Of a stretch of DNA of 36,480 bases, positions 20,598 to 29,450 are shown in pieces. Position numbers and translations under genes: made by a program. Location of the stretch: IMG/VR virus record IMGVR_UViG_3300045988_009883, positions 1 to 36,480 of that record. One strand, given 5' to 3'. Position 1 is the first letter of the stretch, and each line of letters begins with the position of its first letter. The notes under the pieces are model-generated. The model was not told where the DNA came from, searched no databases, and was given only the letters and a program-made list of their open reading frames with translations. The DNA is from a virus.

Positions 20598-20939
20598 ATG
20601 GCTAATGAAAAAAATTTGATACCGTTTAACGAGCTAACAGAGAGCCAACAGAGAGAAATAGCCTCCAAAGGTGGAAAAGCAAGCGCAGAGGCAAAACGAA
20701 AGCGGAAAACGCTCAAAGAGGAACTCTTGCTGATGCTTGAAGATGAAGAAGTGCAGAAGTCTGTTGCTGTTGCGCTTATTCAAGAGGCACAAAACGGAAA
20801 TGTAAAGGCTTTTGGAATGCTTCGGGACACCATCGGAGAGGCACCTGTTGAAAAGGTACAAACTACGCAAACAGTTGTTGATATGAGTGCTTTTAGCACA
20901 GAAGAAATAAAGGCGATGCTTGACGATGACTTACCGTGA
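20598..20939 (+). CDS. terS: Terminase small subunit (putative).
   Basis: 113 aa immediately upstream of and overlapping the large terminase gene. Basic N-terminal pattern ..SQQREIASKGGKASAEAKRKRK... Strong RBS GGAGGTGAGG. Confidence 0.6.
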   Translation: MANEKNLIPFNELTESQQREIASKGGKASAEAKRKRKTLKEELLLMLEDEEVQKSVAVALIQEAQNGNVKAFGMLRDTIGEAPVEKVQTTQTVVDMSAFSTEEIKAMLDDDLP

Positions 20940-22317
20940 TGCGCTACGCTGCGAATTGGCAAGGCGTGACTTTTGGGAATACTGCAAGCTGTTAGCACCT
21001 GACTTTTACAAAGAAGATCGCAAGTTCTTGAAAGACAAATGCCGTGAGTACCAGGATTTTTATGAAAGCCAAGACGAATACTTGATTGACAACGAACCAC
21101 CGCGACATGGCAAGTCCAGAACGGCGACTTTGTTCGTCCAATGGGTTATTGGAAAGTGTCCGAAAGATAAAATAATTACTGGTTCATACAACGAAACGCT
21201 GTCCACCGTCTTTTCAAAGGGCGTTAGAAACAAGATACAAGAAACCTCTGCTGATGGTCGAATTGTTTACAATGACATTTTCCCCAATGTTAGAGTAAAG
21301 CGTGGCGACGCTGCAGCTAACCTATGGGGCATTGAGGGAAACGACACAAACACATACCTTGCGACATCTCCAACTGGCACAGCTACCGGCTTCGGTGCTG
21401 ACTTGATGCTGATTGATGACCTTATCAAAAACGAGTACGAAGCGAGAAACGATAATGTCAAAGAACAGCATTGGAAGTGGTTCACAGACACTATGTTGTC
21501 CCGCCGTGAGGGTAAACGCAAGGTTATTGTGGTTATGACCAGATGGGCATCGGACGACCTCGCAGGGCGGCTTATAGAGGCACTTAACCGGCAAGGGAAA
21601 AAGTATCGTCTGATCTGTTATAAAGCGTTTGACGGTCACTCAATGCTCTGTGAGGACATTTTGAGCCGCGCCCAGTATGAAGATATACTGCAAGGCGACA
21701 CGGGCAAGGATATTGTGGAGGCGAACTACAATCAGTCGCCCATTGACATTACTGGCAGACTTTACAGCCAGTTGCAGACCTATGACGAACTGCCGAAGAA
21801 CATCGAAAGCATTGACAGCTACACCGACACGGCTGATGAAGGTGCCGACTTCCTATGCTCTATTATCTATGCTGTCAAAGATTGCAAGGCTTATGTGCTG
21901 GAAGTGATCTACACGCAAGATGGAATGGAAGTCACGGAAGATTTGGTTGCAAAGGCACACACAGACTATTCCGTGAACCGCGCAAAAATCGAGAGCAACA
22001 ACGGCGGTAAAGGATTTGCACGAAATGTCAAGCGGATTGCGCAGGAGAAGTACGGCAACAATATCACGCACTTTTTCACATTCACGCAGACAAAGAACAA
22101 GATCAGCCGTATCTTGACAGGCTCAACAGGTGTTATGAACAATGTACTGTTTCCTGTTGGATGGGAAAACCGCTGGCGTGAGTATTGGCGTGATATGACA
22201 AAGTATCAGCGGATTGGGAAAAACGCTCACGATGACGCGCAGGACGCCACAACAGGCGTTTATGAAAATCTGCCTAAGAAAAAGGCAACAAGCAATTACA
22301 CGCCGATTTTTATGTAG
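20926..22317 (+). CDS. terL: Terminase large subunit.
   Basis: Walker A-like PPRHGKSRT and Walker B LMLIDDLIK. Nuclease-half pattern ..DTADEGADF..ESNNGG... Position is upstream of the portal gene. The start may be the TTG at 20920. Confidence 0.85.
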   Translation: MTYRDALRCELARRDFWEYCKLLAPDFYKEDRKFLKDKCREYQDFYESQDEYLIDNEPPRHGKSRTATLFVQWVIGKCPKDKIITGSYNETLSTVFSKGVRNKIQETSADGRIVYNDIFPNVRVKRGDAAANLWGIEGNDTNTYLATSPTGTATGFGADLMLIDDLIKNEYEARNDNVKEQHWKWFTDTMLSRREGKRKVIVVMTRWASDDLAGRLIEALNRQGKKYRLICYKAFDGHSMLCEDILSRAQYEDILQGDTGKDIVEANYNQSPIDITGRLYSQLQTYDELPKNIESIDSYTDTADEGADFLCSIIYAVKDCKAYVLEVIYTQDGMEVTEDLVAKAHTDYSVNRAKIESNNGGKGFARNVKRIAQEKYGNNITHFFTFTQTKNKISRILTGSTGVMNNVLFPVGWENRWREYWRDMTKYQRIGKNAHDDAQDATTGVYENLPKKKATSNYTPIFM

Positions 22318-22327
22318 GTTGGAATCT

Positions 22328-22654
22328 ATGGAAATAAGAAATGCGTATCCGAATACAGGCGATTGCTTCACAAGGGATGGAAGTGCTAATTGCCAAAAAT
22401 GCAAGCATATTGCAACGTTCGGTAAAATAAAATATTGTGCATATTGCCCAGGCCGTTGCGCTCCACATCAAATCATAAAAAGTTCATTTGACCCAAATGA
22501 CAGAAGTCGACGATGTATATTTTGCAAGTATTATACATTTAGTTTGAAATCTGATAAATGTGTGGAGTGCTTATCCACAATTCATTTGGACAATTTCAAG
22601 TTGCAAGAAGACTTAGAAAACGCTGATTGGTATAAAAATATGTCAGAAAAATAA
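22328..22654 (+). CDS. Cys-rich (multi-CxxC) 108-aa protein inserted between terminase and portal.
   Basis: ATG at 22328. CQKCKH, CAYCPGRC, CIFCKY and CVEC. AT-rich relative to its flanks. The track start at 22214 lies inside terL. Confidence 0.55.
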   Translation: MEIRNAYPNTGDCFTRDGSANCQKCKHIATFGKIKYCAYCPGRCAPHQIIKSSFDPNDRSRRCIFCKYYTFSLKSDKCVECLSTIHLDNFKLQEDLENADWYKNMSEK

Positions 22655-22664
22655 TCGAGGGAGC

Positions 22665-24068
22665 GTGATTGAAATACTCACTTTTAACGACTTGGTAGAA
22701 ATCGGCGAAAATGAACGCGACCGGATGGAGTTTGTGCTTGATGCGATTAAGGAGCATAAGGGGAGCGAACTATATAAAACTGCTTATGATGCGGAATTGT
22801 ACTACAAGCACCAAAATCCAACGATCATGCGGTTCCAGAAATTCGTATATAATCAATTTGGCCAGAAAGTCCCGGACATTTGGTCTCCAAACAACAAAAT
22901 CGCGTCGAACTGGTACAACTACTTCACAACTCAGGCCGTTTCGTATCTGCTTGGCAATGGCGTGACATTCAAAAAAGAATCCAACAAGGATAAACTGGGC
23001 AAGGATTTTGACAAAAAGGTACAGGACATTGCCACTCACGCAAAGAATGGCGGTGTTGCCTTTGGCTTCTGGAATCTTGACCACCTTGAATGTTTCGACC
23101 TGACCGAATTTGTACCGATTTATGACGAGGACGATGGTGGTTTGAAGGCCGGAATCCGTTTCTGGCAGATTGATGACAGCAAGCCGCTACGTGCTACCTT
23201 GTACGAGATGGACGGTTACACGGACTATATCAAGCGCAAGGGCGAAGATGTGGCTATCCTGCATGAAAAGCGGGCATACACGCAGATTATCAGGAAGAAC
23301 GACATTGAGGGCGAGACGATCCTTGATGGTGCGCCTCCTGCTGGATTCCCCATTGTGCCACTGTGGAATGTCAACCGGCAGAGTGACCTTGTTGGCAACC
23401 GTGGAACGATTGACGCCTATGATTTGATGGTGTCCGGTCTGATTAACAATGTCAGTGACGGTGAGTTCATTTACTGGATTCTCAAAAACTGCGGCGGCAT
23501 GAATGAGGCTGATGATGCAAAATTCATTGAACAGTTGAAACTGACCCGCGTTGCCCATGCTGACGGTGACGATGGGGCAAGTGTTGAAGCCCACAATGTA
23601 AATGTTGAGTTTGAAGCTACCTCAGAAGCCCTTGACAGGCTCACAAATCAGTTGTACACGGACTTTATGGCGCTAAAGGTGCAAGATGTGTCTGCCGGTT
23701 CCGTGACCGCTACGCAGATTCAGGCGGCTTATGAGCCTATCAATCAAAAGACAGACCAGTTTGAGTATCAAGTCACGGAGTTTATCAACGGCATTCTCGC
23801 TCTGGCTGGTATTGATGATGAGCCGACATACACCCGTTCGCAGATGAGCAATCAGTCTGAGACGCTGGAAATGGTCTTGCAAGCCGCTGAATATCTTGAT
23901 GATGAATATGTCACCACTAAGATTCTGACGCTTCTGGGCGACGCTGACAAGGCGCAGGAAGTGCTTAAACGAAAGGACGCGGAAGCGTCTGACAGATATA
24001 AACAGATGGAAACGGAACTGGAAGATTTGAAGAGTCAAAATGAAAACAATGAAAGTGAGGAAGAGTAA
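22665..24068 (+). CDS. Portal protein (SPP1 gp6-like).
   Basis: 467 aa directly after the terminase region. N-terminal pattern ..ELYKTAYDAELYYKHQNPTI. Acidic C-terminus. GTG start after GAGGGAG. Confidence 0.8.
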   Translation: MIEILTFNDLVEIGENERDRMEFVLDAIKEHKGSELYKTAYDAELYYKHQNPTIMRFQKFVYNQFGQKVPDIWSPNNKIASNWYNYFTTQAVSYLLGNGVTFKKESNKDKLGKDFDKKVQDIATHAKNGGVAFGFWNLDHLECFDLTEFVPIYDEDDGGLKAGIRFWQIDDSKPLRATLYEMDGYTDYIKRKGEDVAILHEKRAYTQIIRKNDIEGETILDGAPPAGFPIVPLWNVNRQSDLVGNRGTIDAYDLMVSGLINNVSDGEFIYWILKNCGGMNEADDAKFIEQLKLTRVAHADGDDGASVEAHNVNVEFEATSEALDRLTNQLYTDFMALKVQDVSAGSVTATQIQAAYEPINQKTDQFEYQVTEFINGILALAGIDDEPTYTRSQMSNQSETLEMVLQAAEYLDDEYVTTKILTLLGDADKAQEVLKRKDAEASDRYKQMETELEDLKSQNENNESEEE

Positions 24069-24529
24069 TGGCACTTGAACCGATTACGCGGCAAGAAAAG
24101 ATTATTGCTGGGCAGGATTTGACACCAATCACAAGAATGGAGATGTTTCTTAAGGAATACGGCGGTTCTGGCGGCTCTGGCGGCGGCGGAGGTGGCGGCG
24201 CAGTTACCACACTGCACATCAACATCACAGCCGTAAACATGGAAACGATGGAGGCGACATTTACCGCTGATAAAACACCCGCGGAAATGCAGCAGGCATC
24301 AGTTAATGGCCCTATTTGGTGCGTCGTAACATTCGCAGCAGGTATTTTGTCAGAAGAAGCCTTGTCACTTGGAATTCCCCCAGCATGGGATAGCATTAAT
24401 GCAGTGGCGTTTGGAAGAGTGACACGTCCAGCTCACAATGAAAACGGCGATAATGATATTACTTTCGCTGTCATTGGAGGGCCTGATTATGGGTGGGATA
24501 TAGACTTAACAGCATTTTCTGGTAGTTAA
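24068..24529 (+). CDS. Hypothetical protein with a duplicated PITRxE motif and a poly-Gly linker.
   Basis: MALEPITRQEKIIAGQDLTPITRMEMFLKEYGGSGGSGGGGGGG followed by a ~105-aa domain. TAATG overlap with the portal gene. Confidence 0.6.
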   Translation: MALEPITRQEKIIAGQDLTPITRMEMFLKEYGGSGGSGGGGGGGAVTTLHINITAVNMETMEATFTADKTPAEMQQASVNGPIWCVVTFAAGILSEEALSLGIPPAWDSINAVAFGRVTRPAHNENGDNDITFAVIGGPDYGWDIDLTAFSGS

Positions 24530-24640
24530 TTACCCCGTTACAACCGAGGCAGTACAATATATGAAAAAGACGATTCTGGCACTATCTCCGCAACAGAGGT
24601 AACTCAATTAAACACCGCAAATTAGTTAAGGAGTGAAATA

Positions 24641-25522
24641 ATGGCAGACAAAGCGCATCGCCTGACAGACGAAAAACTGGAAGAAATGGAGAAGCGGCTG
24701 TCTGCCATTTATTCCAGGGCGGAAAAGGAAATTCAAAAGACAGCTGACGAATACTTTTCCAAATTTGCCAAGCATGACGAAGCCAAGCGGAAACTTTTAG
24801 AGCAGGGAAAAATCACAGAGGACGAATACACCAAATGGCGCAAGGGAAAGGTGATGTATGGCAAGCGGTTTACCGAAATGAAAGAGCAATGCGCTCAACA
24901 GCTTTTGAATGTTAACAAAACCGCCATTGCCTATATCAACGGTGAATTGCCGGAAGTGTATGCGATGAACTACAATGCCCTTGAAAGCACCGTAGATGGC
25001 GTTGGAGGCTATTCTTTCACTTTGGTGGATGCTGATACCGTCAGAAATTTGGCGGTCACAGACACGAGCCTGTTGCCTTACAAGAAGATTGACCCGGAAA
25101 AGGATATTCCATGGAACATGAAGAAAATCAATGCTGAAACCTTGCAAGGCATCTTACAAGGCGAGAGCATGGATAAAATCGCAAAGCGGATTATGAATGT
25201 TCAAGAGATGAACAAGACGCAAGCGATTAGGTCGGCACGGACTATTGTCACTGGCGCGGAAAACAAGGGGCGGCAGGACAGTTACAAACGAGCCGAAGAA
25301 GATGGAATTGTTATGAAGCGCGAATGGATTGCAACGAATGACAGCCGTACTCGACATTGGCACGCTGAACTTGACGGAGTTGAAGTTGATATTGATGAGC
25401 CGTGGGTGAATGAGTTTGGCGAAATTATGTTTCCGGGTGACCCGTCCGCCGATCCGGCCAATACCTACAACTGCCGATGCTCTATGTCTGCAAAAGTTAT
25501 CGGGTTTAAGAAGGTGCGCTAA
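24641..25522 (+). CDS. Minor head / head-morphogenesis protein (SPP1 gp7 / Mu F family).
   Basis: ..WIATNDSRTRHWHAELDGVEV...FPGDPSADPANTYNCRCS is the gp7/MuF C-terminal signature. Confidence 0.8.
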   Translation: MADKAHRLTDEKLEEMEKRLSAIYSRAEKEIQKTADEYFSKFAKHDEAKRKLLEQGKITEDEYTKWRKGKVMYGKRFTEMKEQCAQQLLNVNKTAIAYINGELPEVYAMNYNALESTVDGVGGYSFTLVDADTVRNLAVTDTSLLPYKKIDPEKDIPWNMKKINAETLQGILQGESMDKIAKRIMNVQEMNKTQAIRSARTIVTGAENKGRQDSYKRAEEDGIVMKREWIATNDSRTRHWHAELDGVEVDIDEPWVNEFGEIMFPGDPSADPANTYNCRCSMSAKVIGFKKVR

Positions 25523-25842
25523 TGAGTTACACATACAAAGACAACACGGATGAGGTACTTTCCGCTTTGAAAATGGCGAAAAAGCGGGGGCTGGAAGCTA
25601 TCGGATTGACCGCTGAAGGACACGCAAAAAAAGAAACACCTGTTGACACTGGTAGACTGCGAAATTCCATCAGCCATGCAACGGATGACGAAGCGGCCTA
25701 TATCGGGACAAATGTTGAGTATGCTCCTTATGTTGAACTCGGTGCTCGTAGCCGAAAAGGCGTACATATGCTCCAAAGATCCGCAACGGAACACACCGAC
25801 GAATATAAGCGTATCATGGAAGATGCAATGAAAAACGCATAG
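25522..25842 (+). CDS. HK97 gp10-family protein (head-tail joining/completion).
   Basis: ..AKKETPVDTGRLRNSISH....IGTNVEYAPYVELG matches the gp10 family pattern. Confidence 0.6.
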   Translation: MSYTYKDNTDEVLSALKMAKKRGLEAIGLTAEGHAKKETPVDTGRLRNSISHATDDEAAYIGTNVEYAPYVELGARSRKGVHMLQRSATEHTDEYKRIMEDAMKNA

Positions 25843-25844
25843 CA

Positions 25845-25885
25845 TTGACAAAACACCAATTTAGTGTATAATATTAGTGTATAAT
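25845..25885 (+). promoter_or_regulatory. Promoter with a tandemly duplicated -10 region upstream of the HNH gene.
   Basis: TTGACA (25845-25850), a 16-nt spacer, then TATAAT (25867-25872). The 13-nt unit TTAGTGTATAATr occurs twice in tandem (25861-25873 and 25874-25886), giving a second TATAAT at 25880. Confidence 0.6.
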
Positions 25886-25970
25886 GCAAGGACAGCGGGT
25901 TGCAAACCGTTTCAATGCCTAACCATTGATTACTTGCCTTATATTAAAAATATCTGTTAGGAGATAAAAT

Positions 25971-26471
25971 ATGGAAATTTGGAAAAACATCGAGGAAACG
26001 GGCAATTTATATTCTGTCAGCAACAAAGGCGTTGTTAAACGAAACAAAGATGGAAAGATAATGAAGCAGAATGTTCACCCGAATAAGTATATGAATGTTT
26101 TGCTTACATCTGGCGGCAAACAGAGAAATTACAAAGTCCACAGACTTGTTGCAAAAGCGTTTATCCCAAATCCCGAAAACCTACCTCAAGTAAACCATAA
26201 AGATGAGGACAGAACGAATAATTGCGTTGAAAATCTTGAATGGTGTACATCTTCCTATAATTGTTCATACGGAACGAGAACGGAAAGAATTAAAGAACAA
26301 ATCAGCCTCCCAGTTATTCAATGCGATTTGAATGGAAAGCAGCTGAAAACATATCCTAGCATCATTGAAGCATCAAGGCAAGTAGGATGCTCCGATAGCG
26401 GAATATCAAAGGCTTGCAGAGGCATTTACAGACAGTATAAAGGTTATAAATGGCGATATGCCGATTTATAA
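25971..26471 (+). CDS. HNH homing endonuclease (NUMOD4 + HNH_3 + C-terminal HTH-like module).
   Basis: EIWKNI..YSVSNKGVV (NUMOD4), VHRLVAKAFIPNPENLPQVNHKDEDRTNNCVENLEW (HNH_3) and ..YPSIIEASRQVG...ISKAC. AT-rich insert between head genes. Confidence 0.85.
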   Translation: MEIWKNIEETGNLYSVSNKGVVKRNKDGKIMKQNVHPNKYMNVLLTSGGKQRNYKVHRLVAKAFIPNPENLPQVNHKDEDRTNNCVENLEWCTSSYNCSYGTRTERIKEQISLPVIQCDLNGKQLKTYPSIIEASRQVGCSDSGISKACRGIYRQYKGYKWRYADL

Positions 26472-26522
26472 TAAAAATTACGAAGTGGAATGAAGCCCAC
26501 CCGGTGAAAAGGAGTAATTTAT

Positions 26523-27113
26523 ATGGCACTTACTCGTGAATTTATCCGCAAACTCGCAAAGGAAAGCGACGTTGAGCTGCCGAAAGAATTTATTGACGGT
26601 ATCATTGCGGAACACACTAATGCAAGGGATGCTTACGCCGAGGAACAGGTGAAAGCGGAACTTGAAAAGCAGCCTGCTGCAAAGGCTGAAAATGTCAAGG
26701 AAAGCGAGGAATATAAAGCCCTAAAAGCTGACTTTGACAAGTACAAGGCGGAGGTTGCCGAAAAGGAAACCAAAGCTGCGAAAGAAGCTGCATATAGAGC
26801 CATTCTGAAAGACGCCAACCTGAGTGAAAAAGGCATTGAAAAAGCCGTTAAGTATGCCGATTGGGACAAGATTGAACTTGGCGAAGACGGCAAGCTGAAA
26901 GGCGCAAATGACCATATCAAGGCTGTGCGTGAGGAATGGGCTGAATATGTGACGACCACCACCACGACCGGGGCAAAAACTTCTACGCCCCCGGCAAACA
27001 ATGGTGGAAAGACGGGCAAAACCAAAGAAGAAATTATGGCAATTCGTGATCCTGCCGTCCGTCAGGCTGAGATTGCCAAAAACCCCGAAGCATTCGGGTT
27101 GAAATTCGATTAA
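26523..27113 (+). CDS. Scaffolding protein (GP20-like).
   Basis: An Ala/Glu/Lys-rich helical protein directly upstream of the major capsid gene. ..FIDGIIAEHTNARDAYAEEQVKAELEK. Confidence 0.75.
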   Translation: MALTREFIRKLAKESDVELPKEFIDGIIAEHTNARDAYAEEQVKAELEKQPAAKAENVKESEEYKALKADFDKYKAEVAEKETKAAKEAAYRAILKDANLSEKGIEKAVKYADWDKIELGEDGKLKGANDHIKAVREEWAEYVTTTTTTGAKTSTPPANNGGKTGKTKEEIMAIRDPAVRQAEIAKNPEAFGLKFD

Positions 27114-27128
27114 AGGAGTTATTAAAGT

Positions 27129-28046
27129 ATGGCTAATGAAGTATATACCACTTCCGAAACTAACCTGATTAAGGCTGCGCAGATGGCGCGTGTCCGTGAG
27201 GTTGATTTTGTTTCCCAGTTCGCCCACAACTCTCTTGCCAAGTTTCTTGAGGTGCTGGGCGTAACCCGTAAGATTCCAATGATGGAAGGCACCACCATGT
27301 ATGTGTATTCCACCACTGGCACGCTTCAGAGTGGCGCTGTGGCTGAAGGTGCGGTCATTCCTCTGTCCCAGTATACGACTACCAAGACCGCTGTTGGCGA
27401 AATCACCCTGAATAAGTGGCGCAAGGCCGCCTCTGCTGAGGCTATCAAGAAGTCCGGCTACGATGCTGCTGTCCGTGATACCGATACCGCTCTGCTGAAG
27501 GATGTGCAGAAGGGTGTTCGCACGAATCTGTTTAACTTCCTTAACGGCACTATCACCAATTCTGTCACCGCTTCCGGTGCTGACCTTCAGTCCGCTCTTG
27601 CCGATGCGTGGGGCCAGCTTCAGATTAAGTTTGAGGACGATACCGCCGAGGCCGTTTACTTTGTGAACCCGCGCGACATTGCCTCTTATCTTGGCGCTGC
27701 AAATATCACCACTCAGAACGCGTTCGGCATGAACTATGTTGAGGATTTCCTCGGCCTTGGTACCGTGATTATTTCCTCTCAGATTACGCAGGGCACTTTT
27801 GTGGCAACCGCAAAGGAAAACCTGGTTGTTTACTACCTGACCATGAATGGCGATATCGCCAATGCGTTCAACCTGACCGCAGACGAGACCGGCTTCATCG
27901 GCATCAAGTCTGGTTACCAGAACGAGGAGCGCGCACAGATTGAGTCCCTTGTTATGTCCGGCGTTCAGATTCTTGTTGAGTACGCCGCAGGCGTTGTCAA
28001 GGGCACTATTGGTGCAGAAGGCGCAACTGGAGCAACTGGAGCATAA
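27129..28046 (+). CDS. Major capsid protein.
   Basis: 305 aa, biased codon usage, positioned after the scaffold gene. The protein ends in the Gly/Ala/Thr tail GAEGATGATGA, encoded partly by a 9-bp tandem repeat (28023-28040). Confidence 0.8.
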   Translation: MANEVYTTSETNLIKAAQMARVREVDFVSQFAHNSLAKFLEVLGVTRKIPMMEGTTMYVYSTTGTLQSGAVAEGAVIPLSQYTTTKTAVGEITLNKWRKAASAEAIKKSGYDAAVRDTDTALLKDVQKGVRTNLFNFLNGTITNSVTASGADLQSALADAWGQLQIKFEDDTAEAVYFVNPRDIASYLGAANITTQNAFGMNYVEDFLGLGTVIISSQITQGTFVATAKENLVVYYLTMNGDIANAFNLTADETGFIGIKSGYQNEERAQIESLVMSGVQILVEYAAGVVKGTIGAEGATGATGA

Positions 28047-28049
28047 TGA

Positions 28050-28688
28050 ATGAAAATTCTGATCGCTGTCCCGACATTCGAGAATATTTATCCCGATACA
28101 TTCAAGTCAATTTATGACTTGGATGTGTCGGGGCACGATGCAGAGTTTGATTTTGTTCGTGGGTATGACTGTGCAACCGCAAGAAACCGTATTGCGCAGA
28201 TGGCTCTTGATAAACGAGTTGATTATGTGCTGATGGTAGACAATGATGTGGTTCTTCCGCAGAAAACGATTCAGTATATGCTCGAAGATGTAAAAGATGT
28301 TTGCCTTGGATATTATGCACATCGTGATTCTGACAATTTGTATCGTGGTTGGGTATCCATATGTAAATTATATGATGAGAATGGTAAAAAACATTTCAAC
28401 TATCCGCTGGAATCCGAATACATGGCAGAAGAACTTAAAAATCTTCATGATAACGGAACGACCAAGATACAGATTCATGGTGGCGGTATGGGATGCGCCT
28501 TCATAAAAACAGATGTGTTCAGAAGGATTGAGTACCCGTGGTATGATTGGGTAAACTACAAGCATCGTGGAGTGCTGTCAGAGGATTTGTATTTTTGTGA
28601 GGAATGCAGAAAGAATGGCATACCGATTTACACAGATACAAGAGCAAATTGCGGTCATATGTTACGACACATTCAGTTTGCAGATTAA
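28050..28688 (+). CDS. GT-A fold (family-2-like) glycosyltransferase.
   Basis: ILIAVPTFEN, ARNRIAQMALDKRVDYVLMVDNDVVL (DxD = DND), GGGMGCAFIK and SEDLYFCEECRKNGIPIY follow the GT2 motif order. AT-rich relative to the flanking capsid gene. Confidence 0.65.
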   Translation: MKILIAVPTFENIYPDTFKSIYDLDVSGHDAEFDFVRGYDCATARNRIAQMALDKRVDYVLMVDNDVVLPQKTIQYMLEDVKDVCLGYYAHRDSDNLYRGWVSICKLYDENGKKHFNYPLESEYMAEELKNLHDNGTTKIQIHGGGMGCAFIKTDVFRRIEYPWYDWVNYKHRGVLSEDLYFCEECRKNGIPIYTDTRANCGHMLRHIQFAD

Positions 28689-28697
28689 GGATATTAT

Positions 28698-28901
28698 ATG
28701 TATAAGGTAATCGAAAGGTTCATGGATTTGCAGGACGATAATTACATCTATGAAGTCGGGGATGCGTATCCAAGAGAAGGAGCTGACCCGACACTTGAGC
28801 GGATTCGTGAACTTGCAAGTAATAGCAACAAGATTGGTAAACCGCTGATTGAAGAAGTCGCGGAAAAGCCGAAACGGACGCGGAAAAAGAAAGACGAATA
28901 A
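28698..28901 (+). CDS. Small conserved structural-module protein.
   Basis: FMDLQDDNYIYEVGDAYPREGADPTLERIRELASNSNKIGKPLIEE plus a basic tail. I recall this family downstream of capsid genes in Firmicutes phages. Confidence 0.55.
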   Translation: MYKVIERFMDLQDDNYIYEVGDAYPREGADPTLERIRELASNSNKIGKPLIEEVAEKPKRTRKKKDE

Positions 28902-28920
28902 CTACAAGGAGGGCGGCGTG

Positions 28921-29337
28921 ATGCTCACCGAAATCTGCGCAGAATTGCGAAATTGGTTTGTTGTGCCTGATGGGGTACATATTGGAACCTATACTATCAG
29001 CGGTGGAAGCATTGCGCCGCTTGACTTTTTGCAGGAAGGACAATATTTCCGCATTATTGGCTCCGTGTTCAACGATGGAGTTCATCAATACCCTGCGACC
29101 GACCTTACGGATGAGGTTTTCCATGGTGCGGTCTGGGCGATGGCTGTGCCTCCTAGCCTAATCGCCCTCTCCGAAGAAATTGAGGAATACAACAAGAGCG
29201 ATGAAGGAAAAGCATCACCATTCACAAGTGAGTCATTCGGTGGATATGCTTACACAAAAGCAACTGATGCAAATGGATCGCCTATTGGCTGGAAGAAAGC
29301 ATTTGCAAGCCGTCTGAATAAGTACAGAAAGTTATAA
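28921..29337 (+). CDS. Head-tail connector/adaptor protein (putative).
   Basis: ATG at 28921, 7 nt after AGGAGGG. The position and ..SESFGGYAYTK.. pattern are typical of connector-module proteins. Confidence 0.5.
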   Translation: MLTEICAELRNWFVVPDGVHIGTYTISGGSIAPLDFLQEGQYFRIIGSVFNDGVHQYPATDLTDEVFHGAVWAMAVPPSLIALSEEIEEYNKSDEGKASPFTSESFGGYAYTKATDANGSPIGWKKAFASRLNKYRKL

Positions 29338-29450
29338 GCGCATAGTGCAGTTTTTTTACATAACTGTCAAATGACCAGTAAGGGCAAGGTGTTTATCGTC
29401 TGCCAGATAAACTGATGATGTGATGCGCAACACCGAAAGAGGTAACAGCT

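Noticed and set aside
24160-24200. GGC/GGT-rich repetitive DNA, also seen at 35085-35150; considered as a tandem repeat or CRISPR-like element.
   Set aside because: Both are in-frame poly-Gly/Ser linkers inside protein-coding genes. There is no repeat-spacer periodicity anywhere in the window.
29338-29450. 113-nt non-coding gap inside the late operon, considered as a possible promoter or small RNA.
   Set aside because: I could find no convincing -35/-10 pair, stable hairpin or repeat, so nothing supports a call.
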